Shown: positions 17,008 through 27,120 of the stretch, in pieces
How the letters are laid out: the number at the start of each line of letters is the position of its first letter
How positions within the stretch are numbered: the stretch's first letter is position 1
From: an uncultured Bacteroidales bacterium
GTDB taxonomy: Bacteria; Bacteroidota; Bacteroidia; Bacteroidales; JALTDM01
Assembly: GCA_964393715.1 (NCBI GenBank)
Contig: CAYMVE010000004.1
Span: forward strand, 1-35,539
Direction of reading: 5' to 3'
Length of the DNA: 35,539 nucleotides
Notes under the pieces: generated by a model
The model's input: the letters and a program-made list of their open reading frames with translations, nothing else
What the model was told of the DNA's origin: nothing
The model's database searches: none
Position numbers and translations under genes: made by a program

Positions 17008-18141
17008 ATGAATATTGCAATGAACGAAAAAATAAAGGTAGCTATTTCCCACGGAGATATCAACGGAATTAGTTATGAGGTGATGATCAAAACTTTTGCC
17101 AACAATGCCATAACGGAATTATGTACGCCGGTAGTTTACGGATCGGCAAAGGTGGCGGCTTATCACCGGAAAAACATAGGCTTGCAAAATTTTAGCTTCA
17201 ATCAAATATTATCTATCGACAAAGCGAATCCCAAGCGTCCCAATTTGGTAAATTGTGTGGATGGAAATATTAAAGTGGAATTGGGACAAACAACGGAAAT
17301 AGCAGGAGCAGCAGCCATTCGTTCGTTGGAGTGTGCATTGACGGATATTATGGAGAAAAAAGCCGATGTACTGGTTACGGCACCTATCAATAAGCATAGC
17401 CTGTATTCGGACAAATTTCCTTTTAAAGGTCATACGGATTTTCTTCGCAGTTATTTTAATGTAAAGAATGTGTTGATGTTTATGATAAGCGAAGAGGTGA
17501 AAATCGGGGTTGTCACGGCGCACATTCCTTTGTCGAGCGTGACCGAAAAAATAGATACGCAACTGGTGTATGACAAAATCAAATTGATGAACGAGAGTTT
17601 GAAGATAGATTTTAATATCCGGAAACCGAGAATTGCCGTATTAGGATTGAATCCGCATGCCGGCGATAACGGAATTTTGGGCGAAGAAGAAAAATATATT
17701 ATAGCACCGGCCATAAAGCAAGCCTTTGAGGAAGGTATAAAGGTGTTCGGCCCTTATCCTGCCGATAGTTTCTTTGGAGCCGGACATTATAAGAAATTTG
17801 ATGCTACCTTGGCTATGTATCATGATCAGGGGCTTATTCCTTTTAAGACATTAAGTTTTGGAAAAGGAGTGAATTTTACAGCGGGATTGCCTATTGTAAG
17901 GACTTCTCCCGATCACGGAGTGGGTTACGATATTGTAGGGGATAATAAGTCGGATCCCACTTCGTTTAGGAATGCTATTTATTATGCCATAGATATTTTC
18001 CGCAACCGGCAAATGAATAAAGAACTGGCTGCTGCATCGCTCAAAAAGAATTTGGATGCGGTTAATAAAGCATCGGAAGACGAAAACATCGACTTGACTC
18101 GTATAGACGATACCGACTCCGGTGAAACACTGATTTTGTAG
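17008..18141 (+). CDS. pdxA: 4-hydroxythreonine-4-phosphate dehydrogenase
   Basis: GDINGI, LVTAPINK, GHT, GLNPHAGD, GPYPAD, AMYHDQGL and RTSPDHG motifs; alternative start ATG 17020. Confidence 0.95.
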   Translation: MNIAMNEKIKVAISHGDINGISYEVMIKTFANNAITELCTPVVYGSAKVAAYHRKNIGLQNFSFNQILSIDKANPKRPNLVNCVDGNIKVELGQTTEIAGAAAIRSLECALTDIMEKKADVLVTAPINKHSLYSDKFPFKGHTDFLRSYFNVKNVLMFMISEEVKIGVVTAHIPLSSVTEKIDTQLVYDKIKLMNESLKIDFNIRKPRIAVLGLNPHAGDNGILGEEEKYIIAPAIKQAFEEGIKVFGPYPADSFFGAGHYKKFDATLAMYHDQGLIPFKTLSFGKGVNFTAGLPIVRTSPDHGVGYDIVGDNKSDPTSFRNAIYYAIDIFRNRQMNKELAAASLKKNLDAVNKASEDENIDLTRIDDTDSGETLIL

Positions 18142-18161
18142 CGGTGCGGAACCGGAAAATT

Positions 18162-19769
18162 TTACAAATCAATCGATTCTAATGGTACCTCGGTGACTGT
18201 CTCCGTGGCAATCTCTGCATCATCAGGGGTTGTGTAATCAAAAATAAATTTTACAAAAACATAATTGTTGCCGGTTCCTATTTTTATACGAGTGTTCCCT
18301 TTGGTAAATATGTTGTCCGAATCTTTTTGGTATCCCTCTTTTTGTAAGCGTGCTTCGACGGATTTTATGATTTCATTCTTTTTTTCCTTGCCTTTGCCGT
18401 ACAACCGGAATTTGTATTTGATAGCCTCTACATTTTTTTCGGGATTGAACAGGTATTCATAATCGGTGTCCCAGAAACCATGATAAACTTTTACATCAAA
18501 AGGATTGCCGTAAAAGATAATGTATTCTTTTACTTCTTTGTCCAAAATATAGTCTTTGTCCAATTTGTACCAGCCACCGTGAGAAGAAAAAAACTTTTTG
18601 TTTAGAGAGAATATTTGCATCAGACTGTCAAAGTTCATGGGAGATAAAGAGTAGTTGATAGCATTTACTATTTTTTGCGTATCGAAAAAGTCGCTTTCTA
18701 TTTCGGTAAATACCGGTTTGTTGTAGATGAGGCGGAAAAAAAGCGAAGGTTCGATGTCTGTAAACTGCGGGCGGGCAATGTATTGTCCTTGGAGATTTAT
18801 CATGCCGATTTTGCCGTTTTCCTGTACAAAAGCCACCTCATAATTAAACGGAGTGGCCTTATCGTATTGCGGATTGATGACTATTTGTCCTTGGGTATTG
18901 ATGTAGCCGAACCGGGTGCCTATTGCTACGGGGGCTAAGTCTTGTCCGTTGAAAGGATATGCTTGTGCATAAGCGCATTCTATCAGTGTTTTTCCGTCCG
19001 GGTCTATCCAACCCCACTTTCCAGAGGTGGCATTTTGTACCAGAAATTTATCGTGGTCGTGAATTATTTGGCGGTATTGCGGATTTACCGTAAATTTTCC
19101 GTTGCGATTTATGATGCCGTAATAGTTTTCGAATCTTACAATTGCCCGTCCATTATCAAATTTTCCTGCTTCATCGAATTGGTAATTGATGACCACTTTC
19201 CCTTCCAAATCTATGTATCCCCATTGGGTGTCTTTCATTTTTACCGCGCATAGCCCTTCGCTAAAATTACCAACTGCTTCATAGATGGGAGATATTTTTA
19301 TCTTTCCGGTTTTGTCTGCGAATCCCCAAAATTCATTTCCGACGGAGTCTCGGGTTGCTATTGCCGCCATTCCGTCTTGAAAGAAACGGACTTTTTCCAC
19401 ACCTTTTAGCATGAAAAGGGTTTTTCCGTTTTTGTTTATTGCTTCGGGGAAAGAGTTTTCTCTGACGACCCATGCCAGCCCGTCGCTGAACATGGTTGCG
19501 GCTTTGAAAAGCGGTTGGACGGCATATTGTCCGTTGGTGTTGATAAAGCCCCACCGGGTGCTGTCAGCAGGTTTTACCAGAGCCAAATGTTCGTTGAAAA
19601 CATCCGCCCGTTTATAGAGCGGGTTGATGATTATTTTTCCTTCACGGTTTACATATCCGTATTTGGAACTTCCGATTTTGACAGGAAAAAGCTCTATTTG
19701 GTTTACAAACTCTCTGTCACAACCCAATACGGACAAAATAATCCATGCAATAAATAGCAGTTTTTTCAT
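18162..19769 (-). CDS. WG-repeat (WG_beta_rep / KWG) lipoprotein
   Basis: Lipobox VLG-C; about 8 repeats of [WY]G[FY]I[ND]xxGxxxIxPx[YF]xxAxxFxxGxAxV; non-repeat C-terminal domain. Confidence 0.9.
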   Translation of the reverse strand: MKKLLFIAWIILSVLGCDREFVNQIELFPVKIGSSKYGYVNREGKIIINPLYKRADVFNEHLALVKPADSTRWGFINTNGQYAVQPLFKAATMFSDGLAWVVRENSFPEAINKNGKTLFMLKGVEKVRFFQDGMAAIATRDSVGNEFWGFADKTGKIKISPIYEAVGNFSEGLCAVKMKDTQWGYIDLEGKVVINYQFDEAGKFDNGRAIVRFENYYGIINRNGKFTVNPQYRQIIHDHDKFLVQNATSGKWGWIDPDGKTLIECAYAQAYPFNGQDLAPVAIGTRFGYINTQGQIVINPQYDKATPFNYEVAFVQENGKIGMINLQGQYIARPQFTDIEPSLFFRLIYNKPVFTEIESDFFDTQKIVNAINYSLSPMNFDSLMQIFSLNKKFFSSHGGWYKLDKDYILDKEVKEYIIFYGNPFDVKVYHGFWDTDYEYLFNPEKNVEAIKYKFRLYGKGKEKKNEIIKSVEARLQKEGYQKDSDNIFTKGNTRIKIGTGNNYVFVKFIFDYTTPDDAEIATETVTEVPLESIDL

Positions 19770-19867
19770 AGAAGTTTTTTTGCAAATTAAATGATTTTTT
19801 GTGTTTTTCTATATTTTCTTCCAATAAAAAAATATCGGGTACTTTTATCTTGTTCAATCTTGTTAAA

Positions 19868-19900
19868 TTTGCAATGATTGAAAAAAAATGTGTAAGTTTG
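19868..19900 (+). promoter_or_regulatory. Complete Bacteroidota sigma-A promoter (-33/-7) for clpC
   Basis: TTTG (19868-19871), 21-nt spacer, TAAGTTTG (19893-19900); a second TAAATTTG at 19864-19871. Confidence 0.75.
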
Positions 19901-19921
19901 TAATTGGCAAAAAGTGAGGTT

Positions 19922-22510
19922 ATGGATATAAAATATTCGCAGGAAATAAACAAAATTATTTCATACGGCTACGAAGAAGTAAGAAGGTTGGGGTATAAAA
20001 CTTTTGAGCCGGTTCATTTGTTTTTAGGGCTGTTGAGATTTTTGGAAAAAAACAATCAATCGCTTATTGCCGATTATTTGGCGAAAAAACAAATAGATAT
20101 TAAAAGTTTGAAACAAGCATTGGAAGCAGAGTTTTATCGCGACGATGAGAAAATAAGTTTGAGTAATATCAGAGTAGCACCGGAAACCGAGAGGATTCTT
20201 CGTTTGATGACTTTGTTGGCCGTATCGGAAAAAGCCGGAGAGGTAACTCCCGAACATTTGTTTAAGACAATCATTAAAACGGACTTTTTGAAACACGGAC
20301 ATTTTATCAGTACATTGCTTAAAGAATACAAGATAAACGAAAACGATTTTCAGCAATTTGTTATGAAAAAGAAAAATATAACCGACGACGAAAACAATTT
20401 GTTTTCGCTTTTGGATGATGCTGCCGATTTTGGCGATGAATCCGACGATATAGAAGATTCTGCAAGTTATGATGACGACAATGATGACGAACATGACTTT
20501 ACTTCGCGAAGAAGATATTCTTCGGGAGGGGCTTCGTCTCAACAAAAGTCCGATACGCCGGTATTGGATAATTTCGGAATTGACATAACCAAGGCTGCCG
20601 AAGAAGGTAAACTGGATCCGGTGGTGGGACGCAATAAGGAAATAGAGCGTATTGCCCAAATATTAAGCAGGCGTAAGAAAAATAATCCGGTGCTGATTGG
20701 AGAACCCGGAGTAGGTAAATCGGCCATTGTCGAAGGTTTGGCAATGCGTATTGTGCAGAAGAAAGTGTCGCGCGTATTGTTTGGCAAAAGAGTGATTGCC
20801 TTGGATTTAGCCTCTATCGTGGCCGGTACCAAATACAGAGGCCAGTTTGAAGAAAGGATGAAGGCTATTTTGAATGAGTTGTCCAAACACGACAATATTA
20901 TTCTTTTTATAGATGAAATCCACAATATTGTGGGAGCCGGATCGGCTACCGGAAGTTTGGATGCCGCCAACATGCTAAAGCCGGCTTTGGCTCGTGGTGA
21001 AATTCAGTGTATTGGAGCTACTACATTGGACGAATACCGCCAGTACATAGAAAAAGACGGAGCATTGGAAAGGCGTTTTCAGAAAGTTATGGTTGATCCG
21101 ACATCGCCGGAAGAAACCATAGAGATATTGCGAAACATCAAGTCTCGCTACGAAGATTTTCACAGTGTCAGATATACCGACGATGCTATTGATGCTTGTG
21201 TAAAGCTTACCGACCGGTATGTAAGCGACCGTTATTTGCCAGATAAGGCCATAGATGCTCTTGATGAATCGGGAGCCAGAGTGCATTTGTCCAAAGTTAA
21301 AGTGCCTCAAAAAATTGTGGATTTGGAAGCCACCTTGGAGAAAACGGAACAATTGAAACGGGATGCCGTTAAGAAACAAGACTTTGAAAAAGCCGCAAGT
21401 CTGCGTGATACCATAAGAAAAATAAAAGAAGAAATAGAATACGAAACCAAACGATGGGAAGAAAAACTGGAAATCGAAAGAGAAAAAGTGGACGAACAAG
21501 ATGTGGCCGAAGTGGTTTCGTTGATGACCGGAATACCCGTACATAGAATTGCTCAGGCGGAAGGCGAAAGACTTGCCAAGATGGAAGATGAATTGAAAAA
21601 ACGAATCGTTGGACAAGATGATGCTATCGTAAGAATTACAAAAGCCATAAAGAGAAACAGGGTTGGATTGAAAGATCCCAACAGGCCTATAGGCTCGTTT
21701 ATATTTTTAGGTCCTACCGGAGTGGGAAAAACCTATTTGGCCAAAATGTTGGCGGAATATCTTTTCGATTCCCAGGATGCCCTTATCCGGATAGATATGA
21801 GCGAATATATGGAAAAATTTGCAGTAACGAGACTCATTGGTTCTCCTCCCGGATATGTTGGATATGAAGAAGGCGGACAACTGACGGAACGAGTAAGACG
21901 CAAACCTTATTCGGTGGTTTTATTTGACGAAATAGAAAAAGCCCATCCAGATATTTTCAATTTGTTGTTACAAGTTCTTGATGAGGGACATTTGACGGAC
22001 GGACTGGGAAGAAAAATAGATTTCAAGAATACGATTATCATAATGACTTCCAATATAGGAACCCGGGAATTGGATGAATACGGTAGAGGTGTCGGTTTCC
22101 AAACAAAAGCGCGTCAAGCCGGAATGAATGATAAAGCCAAAAGTATTATAGAGAATGCTTTGCGGAAGGTGTTTAAGCCGGAGTTTTTAAACAGAGTTGA
22201 TGATATTGTCATGTTCAATTCATTAAAGAAGAAGGATTTGGAAAAAATTATTGATATCGAACTGCAAGGTCTTTATAAAAGGGTGGAAGCACTTGGTATT
22301 TCCCTATCACTGTCGCCTCGTGCAAAAGATTTCTTGATAGAAAAGGGATATGATGAAAAATTTGGGGCAAGACCCTTGAAGCGTGCCATTCAAAGATATG
22401 TGGAAGATATGATAGCGGAATACATTATATTGCATCCGGTAAAAGGGAAAGTGAATTTACAAATAGTATATAACAAACGAAAGGACGAATTGAAAGTGAG
22501 AGAGAAGTAA
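19922..22510 (+). CDS. clpC: ATP-dependent Clp protease ATP-binding subunit ClpC
   Basis: Clp-N domain, two AAA+ modules (GEPGVGKS, GPTGVGKT), short UVR-type M domain, RIDMSEY, PPGYVGY and a VGF ClpP-docking loop. ATG 19922 preferred over TTG 19904, which lies only 3 nt from the -7 box. Confidence 0.95.
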   Translation: MDIKYSQEINKIISYGYEEVRRLGYKTFEPVHLFLGLLRFLEKNNQSLIADYLAKKQIDIKSLKQALEAEFYRDDEKISLSNIRVAPETERILRLMTLLAVSEKAGEVTPEHLFKTIIKTDFLKHGHFISTLLKEYKINENDFQQFVMKKKNITDDENNLFSLLDDAADFGDESDDIEDSASYDDDNDDEHDFTSRRRYSSGGASSQQKSDTPVLDNFGIDITKAAEEGKLDPVVGRNKEIERIAQILSRRKKNNPVLIGEPGVGKSAIVEGLAMRIVQKKVSRVLFGKRVIALDLASIVAGTKYRGQFEERMKAILNELSKHDNIILFIDEIHNIVGAGSATGSLDAANMLKPALARGEIQCIGATTLDEYRQYIEKDGALERRFQKVMVDPTSPEETIEILRNIKSRYEDFHSVRYTDDAIDACVKLTDRYVSDRYLPDKAIDALDESGARVHLSKVKVPQKIVDLEATLEKTEQLKRDAVKKQDFEKAASLRDTIRKIKEEIEYETKRWEEKLEIEREKVDEQDVAEVVSLMTGIPVHRIAQAEGERLAKMEDELKKRIVGQDDAIVRITKAIKRNRVGLKDPNRPIGSFIFLGPTGVGKTYLAKMLAEYLFDSQDALIRIDMSEYMEKFAVTRLIGSPPGYVGYEEGGQLTERVRRKPYSVVLFDEIEKAHPDIFNLLLQVLDEGHLTDGLGRKIDFKNTIIIMTSNIGTRELDEYGRGVGFQTKARQAGMNDKAKSIIENALRKVFKPEFLNRVDDIVMFNSLKKKDLEKIIDIELQGLYKRVEALGISLSLSPRAKDFLIEKGYDEKFGARPLKRAIQRYVEDMIAEYIILHPVKGKVNLQIVYNKRKDELKVREK

Positions 22511-22626
22511 AAGGACTTTCGCTCCCTTCTACGGCTGGGGTGATGAAAAGAGCAAGAGCGAAAGCCCGGAATAAGCTTATGGGTCATTAATAAAGACAAA
22601 AAAATAAATAAAAGGTTGCTTGAATT

Positions 22627-25600
22627 ATGTCGTTAGTTTCAAAAAAAGTTTTTATCCTAGAGAAAGATCAAGCTCTGGTATATGTTTACCGTATTTTTTT
22701 GGAAGAGATTGGATACCAATTTATGGGCAGTGCTTCTTCGCTCGAAGAGGCTAGCAGGATTGTTTCCACCTTGCCACAAATTGATATTGTATTGTTAGAT
22801 GTGGATGTTGCCCGATCTACAGAAGAATATGTTGAATTTTCCACCCATTTATTTGCTAAGTACGATATTCTCGTGATTTATCTTATGGCGGATCTTACCC
22901 GGTTAGAACTGAAAAAGTTAATGTCCTCTAATTTTTATGGTTATATTTTGTTGCCTGCACAAACCGAAGTATTTAAGATGTCTCTTGAATTTGCTTTGAA
23001 AAAATATGAATATGAGCAAAAACATTTTATAGAGCACCGGATACTGAACAATATAAATCTGGGAACGGTTATTTTTAAGTTGGATGGTGAGGTAGTATTT
23101 GTCAATGATACGGTTGTCAAGCATTTTGGGATCCATGTAGGGGATAATGTTACGCAGAAATTAAAAGGCCGTTTTTTTAAGATAGATAATACCTTTATTA
23201 ATTCGCTTATCGGTAGCCGCTTCAAGGAAATTATTCTGGAGCGGGAAGTTGAGTATAAAACGCTTTATTACAATTTGCAGTTTTCGGTTTATAATGTAAG
23301 GAGAAGAGAGCCGCTTATTTATTGTTTTATTTATGATTTTTCCGCTAATAAGAATATTGTGTCCAAGAAGTCGGAAACGAATACTTTTCTTAAACGGGTC
23401 TTAAATAATATAGATGATGGGATTTTTATAATAGATAGAGGCCTCAAGTTGGTAGATTATAATGATATTTCGGAAGTATTTTTTTCCGAGACTTTTGATA
23501 TTTCCTTGAGTTTTGGGATGCATGTAAAGGAACTTTTCTTTTTTCTTTCACAAGATCAGGAAAAAGCTTTTACCCAAAGTTTGTTGGTGGTGTTCAAAGG
23601 GATTTCCCGATCAATGGTGAGACATTTTATTTTTAAAGATAATCCGTTTTGGTTCAGAATAAAATTATTTCCCGTATTAAAAAATGAAGAAACGGGTAAA
23701 TACGATCTGGTAGCCATAAGTATTCAAAATCTGACACGAGAAAAATTATTGGAACTGAAAATAAATGAACTGGAAACAGAGGTTAAGCCTTTGTTTGACA
23801 GTAGTTTTCAGCGTTTTTATTTATGTGATCTGGATTTTAAAATCATTTCGTATAACAAGGCGGCGTTTGATGTGATTTTGAAAGAGTTTAACCATAAATT
23901 AAAAAAGGGCGACTCGATTTTAAATTTTGTACCCAAGGAGGTAGGGATTGAAAAGTTTAAGGAATACTTTGACAGAACTTTAAATTACGAACATGTATTT
24001 TTTAAAATAAAGATTCATGCCGATAATGTGGGCGAATATTGGAATGAGACTCACATGGATCCCGTTGTAGACTCCAAAGGGGAAATACATGAAGTGTTGA
24101 TATGGACCATTGATGTTACGGAGCAGGAAAAAAACATGCAAGCCCTCCGTGAAAGTGAAGAGCGTTACTCTCTGATTGCCAATGGGGCTAATGACGGGTT
24201 GTGGGATTGGGATTTGAAAACCAACAAGGTGTATTTGTCTCCGCGCTGGAAGGCTTTGTTGGGATATAGCGATGATGAATTGTCTAACGAATTTGGGATA
24301 CATGACAGCCTTATCCATCCGGATGATAAGGAAAGAAGTCAGGAAGTGTTGAGAAAGTATTTGCAAGGCGAAATAGACGAATATGTAAATGAAATAAGAT
24401 TAAAACACAAGAACGGTCACTATATATGGGTGTTGGAGAGAGGAGTGGCTTTGAGAGATGAAAATGGCAACATTGTAAGACTTGCCGGCTCGATTACCGA
24501 TATAACCAAACAAAAGAAAATAGAGCAAAAACTCAAAGATGCTTATTTGCAATTGATGCAAGAGCGTCAGATGTTTATAGATGCGGACATCGTTATTTTC
24601 AAGATGAAAGTGAACAAGTCGCCCCAGATAACCTATATTACCAAAAATGTAAGTAAAATATTAGGCTATTCTGCCGAAGAAATTGTGTCGAACCGGGTGA
24701 GTTTGTATGATATGATTCATCCGGAAGATTTGCTAAGCTATAAAAAGAATCTTATTCAACTCCGTAATGCACCTAAAAACAGCCAAAGTTTTAAGCCTAT
24801 AAGGTTTAGAAAAGCGAATGGGGAATATGTGTGGCTGAAAAGTTTTGTGATAATCATCTCTAAAACGGATAAAGAGGTTGAGGTAAGAGGGCACTTTATG
24901 GATGTGTCCGAAATCCTTGAGGCCAGAAGAATTCTTACGGAAAGACAAAAATCCATATTGGAATTCATTTCGAATGCCAATGATGCTATCATAGGAATAG
25001 ATACCAATGGTAAAATATTGGATTACAATAAAAAGGCCCTTTCTTATTTCTCTTTGTCTGATGATAAAGAGCTGAAAGGCAGAAATATTAGTGACTTTTT
25101 GGAAAAAACCGAAACCAATAAAACATGGAGCGAAATTTTTGCCGAAGCAAGCAGGGGCGAAGCCAACCTTTATGTATTTAAATTAAAATCCCACTCAAAA
25201 AAAACGGATGCGACCGAAACGGAAGACAGGTATGTGGAAATCAGTGTAAATCCTATCAAAGTAAAAGATGTTACTTCGTATTATTTGATTATCAGGGATA
25301 TTACAAAAAGAAAACTTCTGGAAAAAGAAACGCTCAGAAATAAAATGCGTTATGAAGCTCTGGTAAATGCTATCCCAGACCTTATTTTTGTAATGGATAA
25401 AGACGGTTATTATGTGGATTATACGGCCGACAAGAACACCCCGCTATATACCGAACCGGAGAATATCGTAGGAAAGCATTTGAGAGATTTCTTCGAAGAC
25501 GAAGAAAAAATGAATGAAATTCTGGAAAAGATTCGTGACACTATACAAACCGGAAAGCTCAACAAGGTCAAGTATTCTATGAACTCCCCCATAGGACGCC

Positions 25601-25683
25601 GTTATTTTGAAGCAAGAATTAGTAAAATGGACGACGAAAGAATATTGTCTATTGTGAGAGATATTACCGATTGGAAACAATAA
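22627..25683 (+). CDS. Degenerate receiver domain plus seven PAS/PAC domains, no output domain
   Basis: N-terminal REC-like fold (ILEKD...DIVLLD...VIYLMA...GYILLP). PAS/PAC units end in YDFS, QNLT, IDVT, TDIT, MDVS, RDIT and RDIT; the protein stops 4 residues after the last DIT. Confidence 0.88.
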   Translation: MSLVSKKVFILEKDQALVYVYRIFLEEIGYQFMGSASSLEEASRIVSTLPQIDIVLLDVDVARSTEEYVEFSTHLFAKYDILVIYLMADLTRLELKKLMSSNFYGYILLPAQTEVFKMSLEFALKKYEYEQKHFIEHRILNNINLGTVIFKLDGEVVFVNDTVVKHFGIHVGDNVTQKLKGRFFKIDNTFINSLIGSRFKEIILEREVEYKTLYYNLQFSVYNVRRREPLIYCFIYDFSANKNIVSKKSETNTFLKRVLNNIDDGIFIIDRGLKLVDYNDISEVFFSETFDISLSFGMHVKELFFFLSQDQEKAFTQSLLVVFKGISRSMVRHFIFKDNPFWFRIKLFPVLKNEETGKYDLVAISIQNLTREKLLELKINELETEVKPLFDSSFQRFYLCDLDFKIISYNKAAFDVILKEFNHKLKKGDSILNFVPKEVGIEKFKEYFDRTLNYEHVFFKIKIHADNVGEYWNETHMDPVVDSKGEIHEVLIWTIDVTEQEKNMQALRESEERYSLIANGANDGLWDWDLKTNKVYLSPRWKALLGYSDDELSNEFGIHDSLIHPDDKERSQEVLRKYLQGEIDEYVNEIRLKHKNGHYIWVLERGVALRDENGNIVRLAGSITDITKQKKIEQKLKDAYLQLMQERQMFIDADIVIFKMKVNKSPQITYITKNVSKILGYSAEEIVSNRVSLYDMIHPEDLLSYKKNLIQLRNAPKNSQSFKPIRFRKANGEYVWLKSFVIIISKTDKEVEVRGHFMDVSEILEARRILTERQKSILEFISNANDAIIGIDTNGKILDYNKKALSYFSLSDDKELKGRNISDFLEKTETNKTWSEIFAEASRGEANLYVFKLKSHSKKTDATETEDRYVEISVNPIKVKDVTSYYLIIRDITKRKLLEKETLRNKMRYEALVNAIPDLIFVMDKDGYYVDYTADKNTPLYTEPENIVGKHLRDFFEDEEKMNEILEKIRDTIQTGKLNKVKYSMNSPIGRRYFEARISKMDDERILSIVRDITDWKQ

Positions 25684-25690
25684 CGAAAAC

Positions 25691-26950
25691 ATGAAAAAGA
25701 TTCCTCTTTGGGCTTCTATTCTGGGCGGGATGTTATTCGGTGCGGTTTATGTTTTAGTGGCACTTACATTCGGTTGGCAAGATTTTACGCATGATTACAT
25801 TCGACCGTTTGGAGTGGTATTTGTAAAACTACTTAAGCTTATGGCCATGCCATTGATTTTTTTCTCTTTGGTAAATGGGGTTGCCGGCTTGAAAGATTTT
25901 TCGGGTCTGTCGAAAATCGGGCTTAAAACCGTAGGACTGTATGTGCTTACCACTTTTATTGCCATAGTGTTGGGGTTGTCGTTGGCTAATGTGATTCAAC
26001 CGGGTAAATATGCCCATATAGATACGGAAAGGGTGGTAAACGCGGAAATAGGTGAAAAATTACCGGCACAAAACAACCCTCCTTTGGCTTTTGTGGAAAA
26101 TCTGGTTCCGGACAATATTGTAAAAGCTGCTTCGGACAATAGAAACATGCTTCAGGTGATTTTTTTTTCATTACTTTTTGGAGTGGCTCTTGTCAAAACC
26201 GGAGGAGAAAAGAGCGATATGGTGCTTGCTTTCGTAAAGCAAGTGAATGAAGTTATTCTGAAAATGATTGATATCATAATGTGGTATGCACCGTTTGGGG
26301 TGTTTGCTCTTATTGCGGATGTTGTTTTGTCATTTTCTTCGGATGCTTCCGTGGCCGATTTGTTTATGTCTTTGGTTGTTTATTCGCTGACGGTTTTTTT
26401 CGGGTTGCTGATGATGATTTTAGTAGTTTATCCGTTGCTGTTGAAAATTTTTACGGGAAGGTCTCCGTATCATTTTCTGCGACAGTTGTTTCCGGTTCAG
26501 TTGTTGGCTTTTTCCACCAGTTCCAGTGCGGCAACTTTACCTTTGACGATGGAAATTTGCGAAAAAAAGATAAACATTTCGAAAGAAATTAGTAGCTTTG
26601 TGCTGCCGATTGGGGCTACGGTCAATATGGACGGAACTAGCCTGTATCAATCGGTGGCAGCTCTTTTCATAGCGCAAGTGTATGGAATAGATTTGACTTT
26701 GTCGGCACAACTTACTATTGTCGTGACGGCATTGTTGGCATCAGTGGGAGCGGCTGCGGTGCCGGGAGCCGGTATGGTGATGCTGATAATCGTGTTGAAT
26801 TCGGTGGGATTACCGAACGAAGGTATTGCTGTAATATTGGCCGTGGACAGGTTGTTAGATATGATGCGTACTGCCGTAAATGTAACCAGCGATGCTACCG
26901 TGGCGGCAATAATAGATGCCACCCATAAAAATGCCTCCTTAGCTCAGTAG
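25691..26950 (+). CDS. gltP: Dicarboxylate/amino acid:cation symporter (DAACS, GltP/GltPh family)
   Basis: AFSTSSSAATLP, GATVNMDGT, SVGAAAVPG and VDRLLDMMRTAVNVTSD motifs (Asp/Glu-type binding residues). Confidence 0.9.
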   Translation: MKKIPLWASILGGMLFGAVYVLVALTFGWQDFTHDYIRPFGVVFVKLLKLMAMPLIFFSLVNGVAGLKDFSGLSKIGLKTVGLYVLTTFIAIVLGLSLANVIQPGKYAHIDTERVVNAEIGEKLPAQNNPPLAFVENLVPDNIVKAASDNRNMLQVIFFSLLFGVALVKTGGEKSDMVLAFVKQVNEVILKMIDIIMWYAPFGVFALIADVVLSFSSDASVADLFMSLVVYSLTVFFGLLMMILVVYPLLLKIFTGRSPYHFLRQLFPVQLLAFSTSSSAATLPLTMEICEKKINISKEISSFVLPIGATVNMDGTSLYQSVAALFIAQVYGIDLTLSAQLTIVVTALLASVGAAAVPGAGMVMLIIVLNSVGLPNEGIAVILAVDRLLDMMRTAVNVTSDATVAAIIDATHKNASLAQ

Positions 26951-27006
26951 GTCAGAGCGACTGTCTCGTAAACAGTAGGTCGGGGGTTCGAATCCCCCAG
27001 GAGGCT
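26933..27006 (+). tRNA. tRNA-Thr (anticodon CGT), CCA not encoded
   Basis: Acceptor GCCTCCT/AGGAGGC, D arm GCTC/GAGC, anticodon arm ACTGT-CTCGTAA-ACAGT, T arm GGGGG-TTCGAAT-CCCCC, discriminator T. Confidence 0.96.
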
Positions 27007-27120
27007 CTTAGGCATTTTATAAATTGTAGTTCTTCGATAAGAATTTTTAGAATAGTATTTATGAAAAACAAGATAATAACTCTTCTCCCGGGCATTTTTT
27101 ATTGAGTTTTTTTAATGTTT

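Noticed and set aside
20380-20560. Acidic low-complexity stretch in clpC as a tandem repeat or insertion
   Set aside because: It is an in-frame Asp-rich linker between the N domain and AAA-1, a variable region in Clp ATPases, with no exact repeat unit.
22513-22567. Hammerhead-like motif (TGATGA...GAAA) in the hairpin after clpC
   Set aside because: The core reads GUGAUGA rather than CUGAUGA and stem II cannot pair. Only a 9-bp stem (CTTTCGCTC/GAGCGAAAG) is supported, and it has no U tract.
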